46,470 nucleotides of DNA from Octopus bimaculoides (GCF_001194135.2 NC_068983.1:7453055-7499524), one strand, 5' to 3'. Shown: positions 11,290 to 24,724, counted from the stretch's first letter. Notes: generated from the letters alone by a model not told the origin. Numbers and translations: made by a program.

Positions 11290-12300
11290 TGATACAATCG
11301 TTAGTGCGTCAGAAAAAATGCTTTGCGGAATTTCTTCTGGCTTTTCGTTCCGAGATCAAATTCATCCGAAGCCAACATTGTCTTTCATCATTTCAGAATC
11401 AATAAAAATTTTAAAAAATAGAGAAGCAGTCAATTACGGAAGTTGACCTAATCGATTTCCCCCTCTCCCTCAAAATTTCCAACCCCGTGCCAAAATTAAA
11501 AAGAATTATTGTTAGCACCTCGGGAAAAATACTATCGGCATTTTTTCTGGCGCATTGCATTCTAAGTTTAATGTCCACCGAGTTTTATAAGATAAGTACC
11601 AGTCACATATTGAGGTTGATGTAATTCATTTCTCTTCTCTCAAAATTACAAGTCTTGTGTCATAACTTGAAACCATTATGTGGTGGAAAGCTGGCATAAA
11701 CCTCAGCGCGGCGGACAAAATGCTTAGAGGCATTTCTTCCGTCTTTATGTTCTGATTTCAAATTTCTCCAAGGTTGATTTGCCTTTCATTTTTCGAAGTA
11801 CCAGTTCATTACTGGGGTCGATATAACCGGCTAGACACCCCCCAGCCCTCTAGAAAAATTAAAACTCAGACTTGTGCCTATTGTAGAAAAGATTATTATT
11901 CTTGTTGTTGCAAAGGCGGCGAGTTGGTAGAATCGTTAGCACACCGGGCGAAATGCTTAGCGGTATTTCGTCCGTCTTCACTTTCCGAGTTCTAATTCCA
12001 CCGAGGTCGAATTTGCCTTTTATCCTGTCAGAGACGATAAAATAAATACTAGTTGAACACTGGGGTTGATGTAATCGACTTATCTCCTCCTACGAAATTG
12101 CCGGCCTTGAGCCAAAATTTGAAATCATTATTGTTGCTGTTGTTTTTAAGGCGGTGAGCTGGCAGAATCGTTAGTGCATCGGGTAAAATGCTTGGTGGCG
12201 TTTATTATGCCGAGTCCGACTTTGCCTTTCATTTGATTGAAATTGATAAAATAAGTGTCAGTTAAACACTGATGTCAATGTAAATAGCTTACCCCCACCC
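11290..12300 (+). mobile_element. Five head-to-tail SINE family B copies (about 11290-11510, 11510-11678, 11682-11897, 11913-12130, 12149-12300)
   Basis: Repeated ggcggcgagctggcagaatcgttag..aaatgcttagcggtatttcg..gagttcaaattcc..ttgcctttcat..taagtaccag..ggggtcgat; each copy ends in an attatt-type tail. Confidence 0.85.
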
Positions 12301-13391
12301 GGGGTTTAGTTACAGCTGTTTTAAGTTCGGAGTACGAATCGCATTGATGACAGTGCTGCATCTGATGTTTTGTATTATTGTGGTATTGGCAACAGCACGA
12401 GCTTTTCTTTATTTTGCATTTGCTGTCAAAAAAATGTCCTTAGATGATTGGTGCTACCACATATGTGGAACCTGAGTCTTATTTCCTTTACTACAAATTG
12501 TTGTGGTTGAAATTTTCAAATTTTTCTGGTACGATCTGTACCCGAATTTTGCTGCCAATCTCTGATGAGTTTTCATGGTTTAACCTTTTTTTCTTAAATT
12601 TTTAACACCATATTCTGTTCTTCCGATACACTTCCGTCTCACAACTCTCAGTTGTTTATCGTCAGTGGCACATCTCTCAGAGTCACATTCACAACTTGCT
12701 AAACCATGTAAATGGAAATGAGAGTAAAATCTTTATCTCTATAAAAATCCATGGGCGTGTATGTCGCCCAGATACTTTGCAAGCACTTCTTTGTTTGAAA
12801 TTGCATGAAGTTCTCCTGGTCTTCTTTCTGATGCATTTATCCATAATTGTTTGTAGGCTTGTTTGGTCTACAATTTCAGGGTGAAGTGCAACGAATGCTT
12901 TTCAGCTATTTTACGAGACAAGCTTCCTGGCTCATTTCATTTTCTTTTTCAAATTTTCGTAAGATACTTGCTTACAGTTCTAGTAAATGAGCCAGCTTTT
13001 ACAGTTTTGTTGTTGTTTAACTTTTGGCCAGCTTTGACCGAGGATTGTCCAATACGTCGTCATACTTTCAGACGATTGGATGTGATGTAATGGAATTCAA
13101 CTGCTATCTCCAGCAAGTCGAATAACTGCGTACAGGCTTCTCATAGTCTCAAGGATTATTGCTTTTGTTCCTTGCCCAATTTATTAGGTCTCAGAGGGGA
13201 CGGTACTTGCAATTCTGTGGTTACATTCATTGCTAGAAGTGGTAGAAATACTGTTGTTAAAATCAGTAGAAGTGATGGGTTGGCGGTAGTGAAGAAATTA
13301 GCAGTGGTAAAGCCGCACTCCACTTTTTTTTAAATATCTTAGTCAATAGAGTAGGTATTGATTATTATCCTCTACGGGGACTCACAGACAG

Positions 13392-13393
<2 letters not shown>

Positions 13394-13452
<59 letters not shown>
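13394..13452. repeat. (GA)n microsatellite
   Basis: Read directly. Confidence 0.97.
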
Positions 13453-13457
<5 letters not shown>

Positions 13458-14891
13458 CGGACTCAAACTGAAAGATCTAGCCCAAATGAATGCTGCAGAG
13501 TAGACTTCGCTAAATGCACCCAAGATGCTAGGTGGTAGTATTAAGTTGGGCGAAAGAAGTTAATGTCGTCTGCAGTAATATCACGAGCGGTATTATTATT
13601 AGTAGACTGTTATCTGTTTCTATTTGTTTCCTGAGACAATAGTAAATTTAAACTTTTACTCCTGATTAACATCCGGCTCTTGAGTGTCAGTAGCAGAGCC
13701 CAAGATACTGCAAGAAGTAGGGCCAACTCTTGCTTTCTGAAACTGGTCATAAAAATGCTGGCAAGGGTTACAGGTACTGCACATCTCGTTCTGAATGTAT
13801 CCTTAAAAGATATGCAAATATCATTGCTTGCAAACAGTATAATTGAAGTACGGAGAGCTTTTATATGCGTTGATCAGCATGTCTGTATATTTTCAGGCGA
13901 CTGGGTGTGGCTTAAGAGAATTTGGTTGCTATTTCTAGCAGGTCTAACAACTATTTAGAGGCCCCACATTGTCTCAGATGTTCCTCCGCTGTTCTCTGAT
14001 CCCTCTTTAAATCAACTTCACTTTCTTTTTTTGTTTTTTTTATTTAATTACTAAAAGTTTTAAAACGAGAAATTTTGAGAGGGAGCTTAGAAGATTATTC
14101 TTCATTGAAAGCAGAAGGTGATGACTTCGTCGGACGCTTGGCCACTTTCGGAAAAAAGAAAAAAAGAAAAATAAGCAAATAATGATAAATTTGAATTACC
14201 GAAGTCACATAAGTAAACATTTTAGACAAACTCACAAGTGAAAGACTTACGTGGATTTCACACAACGCAGTGAATAATAATAGAAATAATAATCCGACTC
14301 GCTCAGAGTAATTTTCTGAGGATTGATTTACATACGTTTATACATTGTTAAAAAAAAATGGACTCGTGTCTGATGAATGGATGTAGCTTTTGCGGTAAAT
14401 AAGAAAGAGAAAGAAAGGAAGAAAAGAAGAGAAAAAGACGATGTTTCGGTCTAATGAATGAATCACAACTTGTTCTATTGGTTTAAAATTCACTTGCACA
14501 ATGAATTTTTTTTTTCTAACTTAACTTTTTGTTGCCGGGATTCTATAATTACTGATGTCTCAGTATAGGTAACATTAAAAAAAAAAGGGGGAATGGGTGT
14601 ATTCATCATTCCCGTGTCTGTGTGTTTTATTTTTTTTTCTTTAAAATTGTTTACTTACTTTTCTCTTCTTACATTATGTTTGCGCCAACAAGCAACGCTA
14701 ATACCGCCATCTTTTTATCATCAGCAATCTACAGACTTATCTTTTCACGTAGACGCACACACGCTGCACTCAAGCACATCGTCTGTCGAAGGCTTCCCGT
14801 CTATTTGTTTCTTCTTTTACTGCTTTTTTTGTTGTTGTTCCTTCTCTTTCTTGTTTACCTTCATCTTATTCGTTCCTCTATTTCTTCCTTC

Positions 14892-14963
<72 letters not shown>

Positions 14964-15084
14964 ATCTCTGTCTGTCTGTCTATTTATGTATCTATCTGTT
15001 TGCATATATGCCTGTCTAGCTGTCTATCCGTCTGTCTATTTGTCTGTCTGTTTATCTGTCTGGTCTGTCTAGCTGTCTGTCAGC

Positions 15085-15142
<58 letters not shown>
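14892..15142. repeat. (TATC)n/(TGTC)n tetranucleotide array
   Basis: Read directly. Confidence 0.95.
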
Positions 15143-15143
<1 letters not shown>

Positions 15144-15203
15144 CTTAAAGGCGGTGCCCCAGCATAGCCGTGGTCTAATGACTGAAAAAGTAAAACATAA
15201 AAG
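15143..15203 (+). mobile_element. SINE family A, terminal 3' fragment
   Basis: taaaggcggtgccccagcatagccgtggtctaatgactgaaa. Confidence 0.75.
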
Positions 15204-15370
15204 GTATATTCAAGTATTTCATTATCATAATGATGCTAATGTAAGTATATCTGTACAGGCAACCGACACCTCGCTAACTTCTCCTCTTACTTCTTATCAA
15301 ATCTCTCTCAATCAGTTCCCTGGAAGGAACGGAAGAGAAAGCGCAAGTGATAGATAGACAGAGAGAGACA

Positions 15371-15416
<46 letters not shown>

Positions 15417-15670
15417 TAGGAAGAGGTGAGGTTGAGAAAGTGGAGTGACTCAAAAAAAGTGAGGGTAAGCAAATTGTTTCCCTGTTATCATTGCCTAACG
15501 AGTACGGTAACGGCAATGCATAACGACTGATCTCAGAATTAAAAGGAGAGGTCCAACTGGTCAGCCGATCTCCAAGAAATAGCAGTTGGGTCTTGCTCAA
15601 ATCACACTCTACCTTCTAGAATTAATGACGAACACATTGGACAATGCAACCCGATACATACATGCATATA

Positions 15671-15704
<34 letters not shown>

Positions 15705-16039
15705 CGTATACATATACATACACATATATACATGCATATATACATACATATACGCAGTCACATAGATATATATGTGTTTATGTATACATATACACGCATA
15801 TGCTTGCACACTCACACACACACATACATATATAAGCATACACATATATGTGTACACACAAACGCACAGCCATATATACAACCATACAAATATACATTGT
15901 AAAAGCGAAAGAGAGAGAGAGGAGGAGAAAGAAAGAAGGGAGGGAGAGGGGGAAAGAGAGAGAGGGAGAGAGAGAGAGGGGAGAGAGAGGAGAGAGAGAG
16001 TAAGAGAGAGAGAGTAAGAGAGAGAGAGCTCCATGCATA

Positions 16040-16091
<52 letters not shown>

Positions 16092-16111
16092 TACAGTCAT
16101 ACGAACATACA

Positions 16112-16148
<37 letters not shown>

Positions 16149-16229
16149 TTTATTTAAAAGCAGCAGAAATATAACAAAAAACTGTTACTCTGAGTTTCAC
16201 GTTCCCGTTCATCGGACAGTTTTGTTCGG

Positions 16230-16272
<43 letters not shown>

Positions 16273-16913
16273 AAAGGCAAAGGGACACAAGGGGGAAGAG
16301 GAGAGTAAGAAAGATGAGAAGAGATAGCAAGATAGTAAAATAAAATAAGAAACCGATTGATAAATAAATGAAAGAAAAGAAAAATAAAATGAACGTCCAC
16401 TCCACCTACAAGTCTTTGTTTGTGCCACCTGTCGCTCGAGATGACTGAAGCGAAAGCAGAGTTGCATTTCAACTTAAAAATGGCGGCAAAAACATACACA
16501 CCCGTGCAACAACACGAAGAACAACAACAGAAAAGGGTGAAAGGAGAGTAGAAAGGGAAGAAGAAGAAGAAGAAGAAAAAGACAGAATACGAATTAATCT
16601 TTTGTTTCCTTTCTCGAAGGGATTCCGATTTAGCCATCGCAAACCTGATTGCGTTTCTCCTTTTCTTTTTTTTTTTACTTATATATTTTTTAGATTTGTA
16701 TGCATGTGTCTTTTTTTTTCAATTTTATCTATTATGTATGTGTGCATGTATGGATGTATAGATGTACGTGTATGCGTTTGTTGATTCTTTTAATTTATTC
16801 ATTCCCGTTTGAGTTATTAGTCACCCACGTGTGCAGGCGTGTATATGCGTGTATATATATGTCTGCGTTTGTGTGTGTATGTGCGTATATGTGTATATCA
16901 CATATAATGTAAA

Positions 16914-16981
<68 letters not shown>

Positions 16982-17336
16982 NNNNNNNNNNNNNNNNNNN
17001 NNNNNNNNNNNNNNNNNNNNNNNNNNNNNNNNNNNNNNNNNNNNNNNNNNNNNNNNNNNNNNNNNNNNNNNNNNNNNNNNNNNNNNNNNNNNNNNNNNNN
17101 NNNNNNNNNNNNNNNNNNNNNNNNNNNNNNNNNNNNNNNNNNNNNNNNNNNNNNNNNNNNNNNNNNNNNNNNNNNNNNNNNNNNNNNNNNNNNNNNNNNN
17201 NNNNNNNNNNNNNNNNNNNNNNNNNNNNNNNNNNNNNNNNNNNNNNNNNNNNNNNNNNNNNNNNNNNNNNNNNNNNNNNNNNNNNNNNNNNNNNNNNNNN
17301 NNNNNNNNNNNNNNNNNNNNNNNNNNNNNNNNNNNN

Positions 17337-17383
<47 letters not shown>

Positions 17384-17932
17384 CATACATAAATGCATAT
17401 ATATATTTATAGGAAAAAAAAATTTAAATGATAAATAAATAAATAAATAAATAAATGAGTGGAAATCGGATCGATGAGTGTGTTAAATAATAAGACACTA
17501 AACGAGAATGACAATAAAATATATATTTATATATATAAATTCGATAAGAGGTTGTGTTAACCTCATGAAGGAATGGGGAGTAGCAAAACCACAACGTCCA
17601 GTTAAATTCTAATTCAACTGAACATTGTGGTTTTGCTCCTCCCCACTGTCTCACGTACGTCAATTTTACAAGGTAAAAAGAACATGTATTGCACCTGAGC
17701 AATTGCTTCTTTCTGCTTTGCAGATTGCCCTTGGGCTTAAGAAAAACTGCAAATGATAGACAGAACAGAAACTGGATTCAAAATCATGAGAAATAAGTTT
17801 CCCTGGACCAATGTTAACAAAATAGAAGAATGAAATAGAGTTGAATGGAGTTGAGAAAGCTGCATGATAAAGTTTCCAAGTGTTTCCAGAATTTTGTGAG
17901 AATCACAAGACCGAAAACTATTCTATTCTCTA

Positions 17933-18135
17933 TGTCCGAGATGTGTGCAGGGCAAAGAAACCGTTCTGCACGAACAGGTCCAGTGTCCGAAAGTTGGTGA
18001 CCTGTGAGTTATATCGAGCAGCTGCTCTCACGCGTAGGACGGATCTGACAATAAGCTAAGTCATTACTAAGATCGTCCTGTCGCTTTCCGTTGATTTGGA
18101 AGGCCGGGAAGGTCTTGTCTGTCAGATCAGTATCA
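17933..18135 (+). mobile_element. Tx1/L1-type LINE ORF2 C-terminal zinc-knuckle fragment
   Basis: CPRCVQGKETVLHEQVQCPKVGDL, then after a frameshift YIEQLLSRVGRI. The CxxC..ETxxH...C motif is typical of L1/Tx1. Confidence 0.65.
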
Positions 18136-18139
18136 TCAG

Positions 18140-18650
18140 CCAGATGACACCTCACCAGCCCGTGTCCAGGAGTCAGTTTGCCAAGACTCTTTCGCTCTCT
18201 CTGTTTTGAGCTGCATGCATAAATCAGCCAGACACTTGTTTCCAGTCCATTCTTTTTAATGTCAGAAGTCCTCAAACGTTTTTAATAATCTTTTATTATT
18301 CCTCTTCGCAATTCCTGTCAGGATGGTCTTGGGCAGTGACTCATAACCCATTGTGTATCTAAAATATGAAAGCTTTGTAGACTTGATTTTCCACAATATC
18401 TCTTTGGACTTTAAACTTTTCTAATCCTGCAGCGTTTGTTATCCTGACTTTACAGCTTACACTGCTCAATCTGCAAAAGGTACACACATCTCAAAGGCAT
18501 CTAACTTTATTTCTTTGTAGATTGCTCAAATTTCTGCTCCCTACAGGACAATTGGTTTAACATAACATTTTACCAACCTCAATTTTAGGTGCAGATTAAT
18601 GTCTTTTGAAGTGAAGAAATTTGTCATTCTTAGAGGAACAGGCTTGTGTG
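18140..18650 (-). mobile_element. RTE-clade LINE, post-RT 3' fragment
   Basis: RMTNFFTSKDINLHLKLRLVKCYVKPIVL*GAEI*..KLDAFEMC resembles the RTE consensus KLRLVKCYV..LLYGAETW..LDAFEMW. Confidence 0.75.
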
Positions 18651-18902
18651 TGGACGAGATTGAAAGGGCTGAAGGCAGACATTTTCCTCTTTTACCAAGC
18701 CCTCGTTTACATGTAAAGGAAGAAAATGAAGGCAGAGAGAAAACTGCTGCCTCCCTACAAAATTGCTGAACGTTCGCGCTTAGCCATGCTCTTGCACGAT
18801 TGAAGAAAGACAGCTGGGAGAAAGCACTTGTTTTAGATATCAGGATTATCGGGGTTTTCATTGGTTTTTCACAAGTAGCCCATGGAGCTCCTTTTGCTCG
18901 AT

Positions 18903-19033
18903 ATCAACTTTGCCTTTCGTCTTTTCGGGGTCGATAAATTAAGTACCAGTTGAACACTGGGGTCGATGTAATCGGCTAGTCCACTCCTCCTAATGTCCGG
19001 CCTTGTGCTTATAGTAGAAAGGATTATTATTAT
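18903..19033 (+). mobile_element. SINE family B, 5'-truncated
   Basis: ctttgcctttcgtcttttcggggtcgataaattaagtacc..ggccttgtgcttatagtagaaaggattattatt. Confidence 0.85.
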
Positions 19034-19039
19034 TTTGTT

Positions 19040-19212
19040 TTAGCTCAGGTTCGGTCTTATCCCTGGTAGGATTTACGCGAGTAGCGGGTTACTACCTGTA
19101 ACCTTAGGTATCCACAAGATTTCAGCAGTCTTTCAAGTGCTTAGAACTCTCCTGATAATCCTCGCTGTCATTGAGCGACAAACTTTCTGTTGGAGTTCTA
19201 CCGGGTATTCTA
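19040..19212 (-). mobile_element. 3' tip of an R4/Dong-type RLE non-LTR element
   Basis: Minus translation EYPVELQQKVCRSMTARIIRRVLST* resembles the RLE C-terminus (LQK..LLGTARIIR.VL), followed by a short 3' UTR and taataataat. Confidence 0.6.
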
Positions 19213-19244
19213 TTTAAATTTCCTTATTATCGAATCTCATTGTT

Positions 19245-19245
19245 G

Positions 19246-19321
<76 letters not shown>

Positions 19322-19558
19322 GTTATTGTTTTGTTTTTCTTCTTTCTTAAAATTTTCTTCCATTTCTCGCAGAGTGTTTTCCGTACACCTAGGGCAGAGA
19401 AGCTCATTGTATGCATTCCCAGTTTACACACGCAGATTCACAGGTAAAATATGTATTTAAAAAAATAAATAATAAATAAATATATTCATGAATGGATGTT
19501 GTTGTTATTATTATTATTATTATTATTGTTGTTGTTGTTATTATCCTTATTATTATTA

Positions 19559-19642
<84 letters not shown>
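19245..19642. repeat. (TTA)n/(TAG)n arrays with a unique island of about 120 bp (19330-19450)
   Basis: Read directly. Confidence 0.9.
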
Positions 19643-19643
<1 letters not shown>

Positions 19644-19853
19644 CGGCGAGTTGGCAAAATCGTTAGCACGCTGGATGGAATCTTTAGCTAGCGGTATTTC
19701 GCCCGTCGCTAGGTTCTAAGTTCAAATTCCGCCGAGGTCAACTTTACCTTTCATCCTTTCGGGGTCGATAAATTAAGTACCGGTTGAGTACTGGGGTCGA
19801 TATAATCGACTATCCTCCTCCCCCAAATTTCAGACCTTGAAGAAAAGATTATT
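19643..19853 (+). mobile_element. SINE family B, full length
   Basis: gcggcgagttggcaaaatcgttagcacg..agttcaaattccgccgaggtc..gaaaagattattatt. Confidence 0.92.
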
Positions 19854-19883
19854 ATTAGTAGTAGTAGTAGTAGTGACAGCAGC

Positions 19884-19917
<34 letters not shown>

Positions 19918-20470
19918 TGTGACTATTCTGCTATATCTAATTTCAGAAGACTTTGTATTAAGTTTACTCTTCTATTCGTTTACGCTCTAAAATTTTTCAT
20001 TTAATTGTTCGTTTCTCTCGAAACCCTTTCTCCTCCTGCTCCTCTCGCCATCACCCATCTATCTCACCTACCACAAAACGCTCCACCCCCTACAAAGTTC
20101 ATCCAAGTTCATCTCAAGTCTCACCCCCCTCCCTTGCAACTAACCCATCTACGCCTTTCTCTCTCATAACTTTTTCTCTACTCTATGTAAGTGTTATGTT
20201 GGACAGCTGTTGTACATACACGTTAGGACAAGAGAAAGTTTGTTCAGAAACAAAAGTTAAAATGTAAAATATATATGTTTTAAAAGAAAACTAATAAAGC
20301 AATCGTATGGAAACAAATATAAAAATCTAGAAGAAAGTTGAACTGTTGCTCAAGGTTATTTTGTTAACAGAGTGCGGACATCTAACAGATTAGTGTTGGA
20401 GTAAGTTAGTTAAATGTATTGATTAGACGGTAATTATTTTCTTCCATGTAATTGAAAACAAATAATAATG

Positions 20471-20528
<58 letters not shown>

Positions 20529-20706
20529 TAATAAAAACAATGGCACTCTTCTTTTAATTTTGACTCTATATCTTCAGGAGGAGTTACCTCAATCCTTTCT
20601 ATATTAACCAAAATGAAGAAGATTGACAAATTTATTTTTTGAACCCGTTGAAGATACACAAGATGCCGAAGTATCGTTCACTAGATAACAATGGCACTCT
20701 TTTTTA

Positions 20707-20745
<39 letters not shown>

Positions 20746-20746
20746 C

Positions 20747-20925
20747 TTGTGGGAGGGGACTAGTCGATTACACCGACCACCAGTGTTTCACTGGTACTTA
20801 ATTTATCGACCCCGAAAAGATGAAAGGCAAAGTCGACTTTGGCGGAATTTGAACTCAGATCAGATCGTAAAGACAGACGAAATGCTGCTAAGGATTTTGT
20901 CTGGCGCGTCAACGATTTTGTCACA
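20747..20925 (-). mobile_element. SINE family B
   Basis: Reverse complement of the family B body; tail side abuts (AAT)n at 20706-20745. Confidence 0.85.
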
Positions 20926-21071
20926 CGCAGATGTATGTGTGTGTGTGCGAGAGAGAGAGTGTATGTGTGTGTGTAAGTGAGTGTATGTTTGTGCGTATAA
21001 ATTTATGTATGTATATTTATATATGTATCGCTTTCTCTTTCTTTCTTTCTCTCTCTCTCTAAACACACACG

Positions 21072-21112
<41 letters not shown>

Positions 21113-21113
<1 letters not shown>

Positions 21114-21278
21114 CGACAGGCTTCTTTCAGTTTCCGTCTACCAAATCCACTCAACAAGGCTTTGGTCGGCCCGAGGCTATAGTAGAAGACACTTGCCCAA
21201 GGTTGTCACACAGTGGGACTGAACTCGGAACCATGTGGTTGGTAGGCAAGCTACTTACCACACAGCCACTCCTGCGCC
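21113..21278 (-). mobile_element. SINE family A, 5' half
   Basis: Ends in cacacagccactcctgcgcc, the reverse complement of the head. Confidence 0.9.
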
Positions 21279-21442
21279 TATGTATGTACGGTTTGATGGA
21301 TGCATGTATTCATACACATATACATGCATGCATATACACACATACACACTCACACATATGTGTGTGTTTTTGTGGGTGTGAGCGCACGTGTGTGTTTCTT
21401 TTTACATCGATCTTAAGACAGGTGTTCTTTATATTTTGACTT

Positions 21443-21585
21443 TTTATGTCCCGTAACTTAGCTTTCGAGAAACACAGATCAATAAAATAAATATCACATC
21501 GAAATAAGGACTAGAATCGATATGATTGAACAAATCTTTGAAGGTAATGCGAAGTACCCCAGTATGGCCGCCAGTGAATGGGTAA
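21443..21585 (+). mobile_element. SINE family A, degenerate 3' half
   Basis: tgtcccgtaacttagc.ttcg..ccccagtatggccgc. Confidence 0.6.
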
Positions 21586-21811
21586 GTACATACACACTCG
21601 CGCGCGCACACACACACACATATATGCATATATGCACATGCGTCTATATATATATACAAACACACACGTGTCTGTATTACACACAAGCACACGCACACAC
21701 ATACACACACGCACGGACACACACATTGCGCTTTATGGCCCTGGCCAGAAGGTTATTTTAGGCTACTATGTGTGTGTGTGTGTACGTGTGTAATTATACT
21801 CCTTTACTCCT

Positions 21812-22303
21812 TTCTCTTTTACTTGTTTCAGTCATTTGACTGCGGCCATGCTGGAGCACCGCCTTTAGTCGAGCAAATCAGCCCCAGGACTTATTCTTTG
21901 TAAGCCTAGTACTTATTCTATCGTTTTTTTTTTTTGCCGAACCGCTAAGTTACGGGGAGGTAAACACACCAGCATCGGTTGTCAAGCGAAGTTGGGGGGA
22001 CCAAACACAGACGCACAAACATATACATATATATATATATATGTATATATCTATATATATATATATATATATNNNNNNNNNNNNNNNNNNNNNNNNNNNN
22101 NNNNNNNNNNNNNNNNNNNNNNNNNNNNNNNNNNNNNNNNCGATAGGCTTCTTTCAGTTTCCGTCTACTAAATCCACTCACAAGGCTTTGGTCGGCCCGA
22201 ATCTATAGTAGAAGACACTTGCCCAAGGTGCTACGCAGTGGGACTGAACCTAGAACCATGTGGTTGGTAAGGAAGTTGCTTAGCACACAGCCTCTCCTGC
22301 GCC
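21812..22303 (-). mobile_element. SINE family A, full length (N gap in the microsatellite linker)
   Basis: Near-consensus reverse complement of both halves. Confidence 0.92.
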
Positions 22304-23127
22304 TATATATATGTAATTTTTCAGTTTTATTTTAAGAATTCTTGCCAATAGAAGAAGAGCCGGTTTCTAGCCAAGATCCAAGGCTCCTTCATTAGATTTT
22401 CAACATCAACAGGGTATGTATGTATGTATGTATGTATGTATGTATGTATGTATGTATGTATGCATGCATGCATGTATATATACATATTTGTATGTTTTGT
22501 TTTATGTATGTACTCTCGTGCATATCGTTGCTCATATATACTTAAATGATAAACTTCTGGAAAGTTTTACAGATTTTTATGGTTCCAGTGATGGATTGGA
22601 TTTGTAGTCTTCGAATCAGCTTTCTCCTTTCTGGCTTTGAGAAGCCTAATTCCTCACAATTAGTTATCTGGATAGAGTAGTTGTAGATTCCTCCATAGTT
22701 CAGCTTAGGTATTTTCGTTTTCGCCGTATGTATGTATTATGTATGTACGTACGTATGTATGTATGTATGTATGTATATATGTATGTATGTATGTATGTAT
22801 GCATGTATGTATGTATGTATGTATGTATGTATGTGCCATGTTACATAAGAAGACGTGTATTGTACTAGAATTTTCGATGCGAGTCAAATATAACAAACTA
22901 CTCCAAATCTTTGTTTTAGTAATCCACTTAAGTGGAGCGTGGAGCGATTAGTTTCTACTGGCATCGAGTCGTACAAGTTGTAATAATGAAGTCAAACCAA
23001 AAAAATTGTAATATTTTGATATCATTTAAATGCGTTCGTTCCAGGTTCGCGTTATATATAATAGGGAATGCAACCACCCTATATATATATACACATATAT
23101 ATATGTATAGATATATATGTATGTATG

Positions 23128-23175
<48 letters not shown>

Positions 23176-23177
<2 letters not shown>

Positions 23178-23557
23178 CGTGGTTGTGTGGTAATAAGCTT
23201 GCTTCCCAACCACATGGTTCAGTCCCACTGTGTGGCACCTTCGGCAAGTGTTTTCTACTATAGTCTCGGGCCGACCAAAACTTTGTGAGTGGGTTTGGTA
23301 GACGGAAACTGAAATGAGCCCGTCCTATATATACATGTACGTGTATATGTGTGTGTGTTCCACCCATCACCAACACCACTCCTATCGCTTTGCAACTGAT
23401 GTTGGTATGTTTACGTCCCCGTAACCTAACGGTTCGAGAAAGCAGACCGTTAGAATAAGTAGTAGGCTTAGAAAGTTCTGGGATCGATTTCTTCGACTAA
23501 AGGCGGTGCCCCAGCATGGCCGCATTCAGATGACTGAAACAAATAAAAGAATAAAAC
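23176..23557 (+). mobile_element. SINE family A, full length
   Basis: Head and 3' module as in the reference copy. Confidence 0.9.
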
Positions 23558-23626
23558 AACATATATATTTTGTGAGTGTGTGTATATATATATATATATA
23601 CACAGACACACAGAAACACACGCACA

Positions 23627-23698
<72 letters not shown>

Positions 23699-24627
23699 TG
23701 TAAATATATAGTGAATGTGTTTTCATTGCAAGGCAAATCAAACAGAGATCACAGAATCTGATGGCCGATGATAGAGGGAAGCTTTGGTTATTTTCATGTT
23801 TATCATTATGTTAATTACAGAAATAATTACTGATTCACCAATTATGCTTCAAATTAATCCGGAATGTTGTGTTTAAGATGTAATCCTGTACAAATGTGTC
23901 GTTTCTATTAGGTATTTGTGTTTCTAATTCAGTTATTTGTTGCTTGGCTTTTGCTGGGATGGTTCGGTATGGCTAAATATACAGTTCTGTAATTTGTTTT
24001 CTTTTTTTCTTCATTTAAACATAGACAGAAACCGACACAGACTCTCTCCCGCGCTCCTCCTCACTCTCTCCCTCGCTCCTCCTCACTCTCTCTCTCGCTC
24101 CTCTTTTTCTCACTCGTTCATACACATGCATACATAGACACACAAACATGCACACATTTGTATATACACTCATAATACAGTGATACATACACAGCTTTTT
24201 GCGCCCCAACCATTTAATATGAATATGTCAGTGTAGATGAATTTGTGGGTTACTTTCTGCTCGTCTTTCTCAATACAAGCATATATGAATGAATCTTAGT
24301 GTATGCAAATGCATGTTCACACCAACGTGTGTTTGTGTGTTTGTGAGTTGCATTTGGGTGTATGATTGTGAGTTGTACGTGCATGTGTGTGTGTGTATGC
24401 ATTTATTATCAATATGAAAGAGAGTGATAGACAAAAAGGAGTTCCTGGCACTAAACGATGATCGTCACGATTAGTCAATTAACCTAGTTTTTTTTGTTGT
24501 TTTTCTTTTAGAGCTTAATGCGGTGCACCATACTTCCATCATTGATGTGTTTCTGTAGTATTTTAAATTCGCATTTTCCCTTTTACTAATATATATATTA
24601 GTGTGTGTGTGTATGTGTGTTTGTGTA

Positions 24628-24662
<35 letters not shown>

Positions 24663-24685
24663 TTACATATATATACCCATATATA

Positions 24686-24724
<39 letters not shown>

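Noticed and set aside
13680-13980. ORF, or GIY-YIG-like peptide AEEHLRQCG on the minus strand
   Set aside because: Multiple stops; better explained as a diverged non-coding family D repeat.
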